A stretch of DNA of 63,139 bases, counting the filler, from Octopus bimaculoides (lineage: Eukaryota), in the NCBI RefSeq assembly GCF_001194135.2. It is 8 parts of 8 records of this genome, joined end to end, with 100 filler letters (N's around TTAATTAATTAA, not from the genome) between each part and the next. Parts side by side here need not be neighbours in the genome. Positions count along the whole stretch, not along the records: positions 59,865 to 63,139 come from NC_068988.1; 7 more parts are not named here. One strand, given 5' to 3'. A model generated the notes under the pieces. That model was not told where the DNA came from and made no database searches. It worked only from the letters and a program-made list of their open reading frames with translations. Positions 62,491-63,139 of this stretch are shown here, one piece after another (the stretch's first letter is position 1; each line of letters starts with the position of its first letter). The position numbers and the translations under genes were made by a program.

Positions 62491-63139
62491 GCTGAAAGCC
62501 ATAGAAACACTAATATGACCCAGCTGGACAACGGCGAACAAAAAAATAGAATAACTCTGAAAGACTGGAATATATACAATATCCTGTGAGTATTTAAAAT
62601 CCCCTTCAAAATAAGTTAAGAAATTTACATGTATATAGTTTTCAAACACACAAACTTTGATATCCACAACTGTTGTGAATACTCATCCTTTCGTCTCTCC
62701 TTGAGTACCCGAAAAAGTAAACATACATTTTTTTTATTCTAAAAACATTAGTTTTCTCTGTGTGGACATACAAAAGACCATCTTCGGTGAATCCTAAAAC
62801 TTTCTGTGAAAATTTGACTCTTGTCTTTTCTTTCCTTTCTCCCCGAGTATTCAGAAATGTAAACATCTTTTTTTATTGCAAAAACAGAACTGTTTTCTCT
62901 AACTGGACATACAAAGGAACATCTCTACAAAAGTCAACTTTAATTTCTACAACATTACCTTTATTTTCTCCCTGACTAGCTGAAATATGCAATAACAGAA
63001 ATGCACGTGGAATAATAATAATAGATTCTCTCTGGTCGAACACAACTTCTCTATTCACAAATAATACAGAACAGAGTAAGTCGGCCCTTCCTTAATTTTT
63101 CTTAAGGTCAAGGTCACTGTTGCTGTTGCTTGCTATTAG

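Overview
AT-rich, microsatellite-dense eukaryotic DNA. The repeat families suggest an octopus-like cephalopod, which is an inference. The window is not one locus: seven identical 100-bp spacers (N44-TTAATTAATTAA-N44) join eight sequence pieces (1-29125, 29226-36935, 37036-39497, 39598-41893, 41994-44720, 44821-56621, 56722-59764, 59865-63139). Host genes: six in-phase exons of FGGY carbohydrate kinase (+), one Greatwall/MASTL kinase exon, one CARMIL/LRRC16 exon, and an intact exon encoding a ZSWIM3-N/FAR1-like (MULE-derived) domain. The rest is decayed transposable elements: RTE, L1/Tx1, R4-like and CRE non-LTR elements, a Penelope-like element, a Gypsy element with an internal inversion, hAT, mariner and Tc1 (including a three-element nest), several SINE families and a fold-back element. 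The most notable unexplained signal is a family of minimal type I hammerhead-ribozyme motifs (CUGAUGA...GAAAC-AGCU-GUA) with covarying stem I. One copy has a ~97-nt extended stem II, and others sit in inverted or fold-back arrangements. All assignments come from manual reading and recalled motifs; no searches were run.
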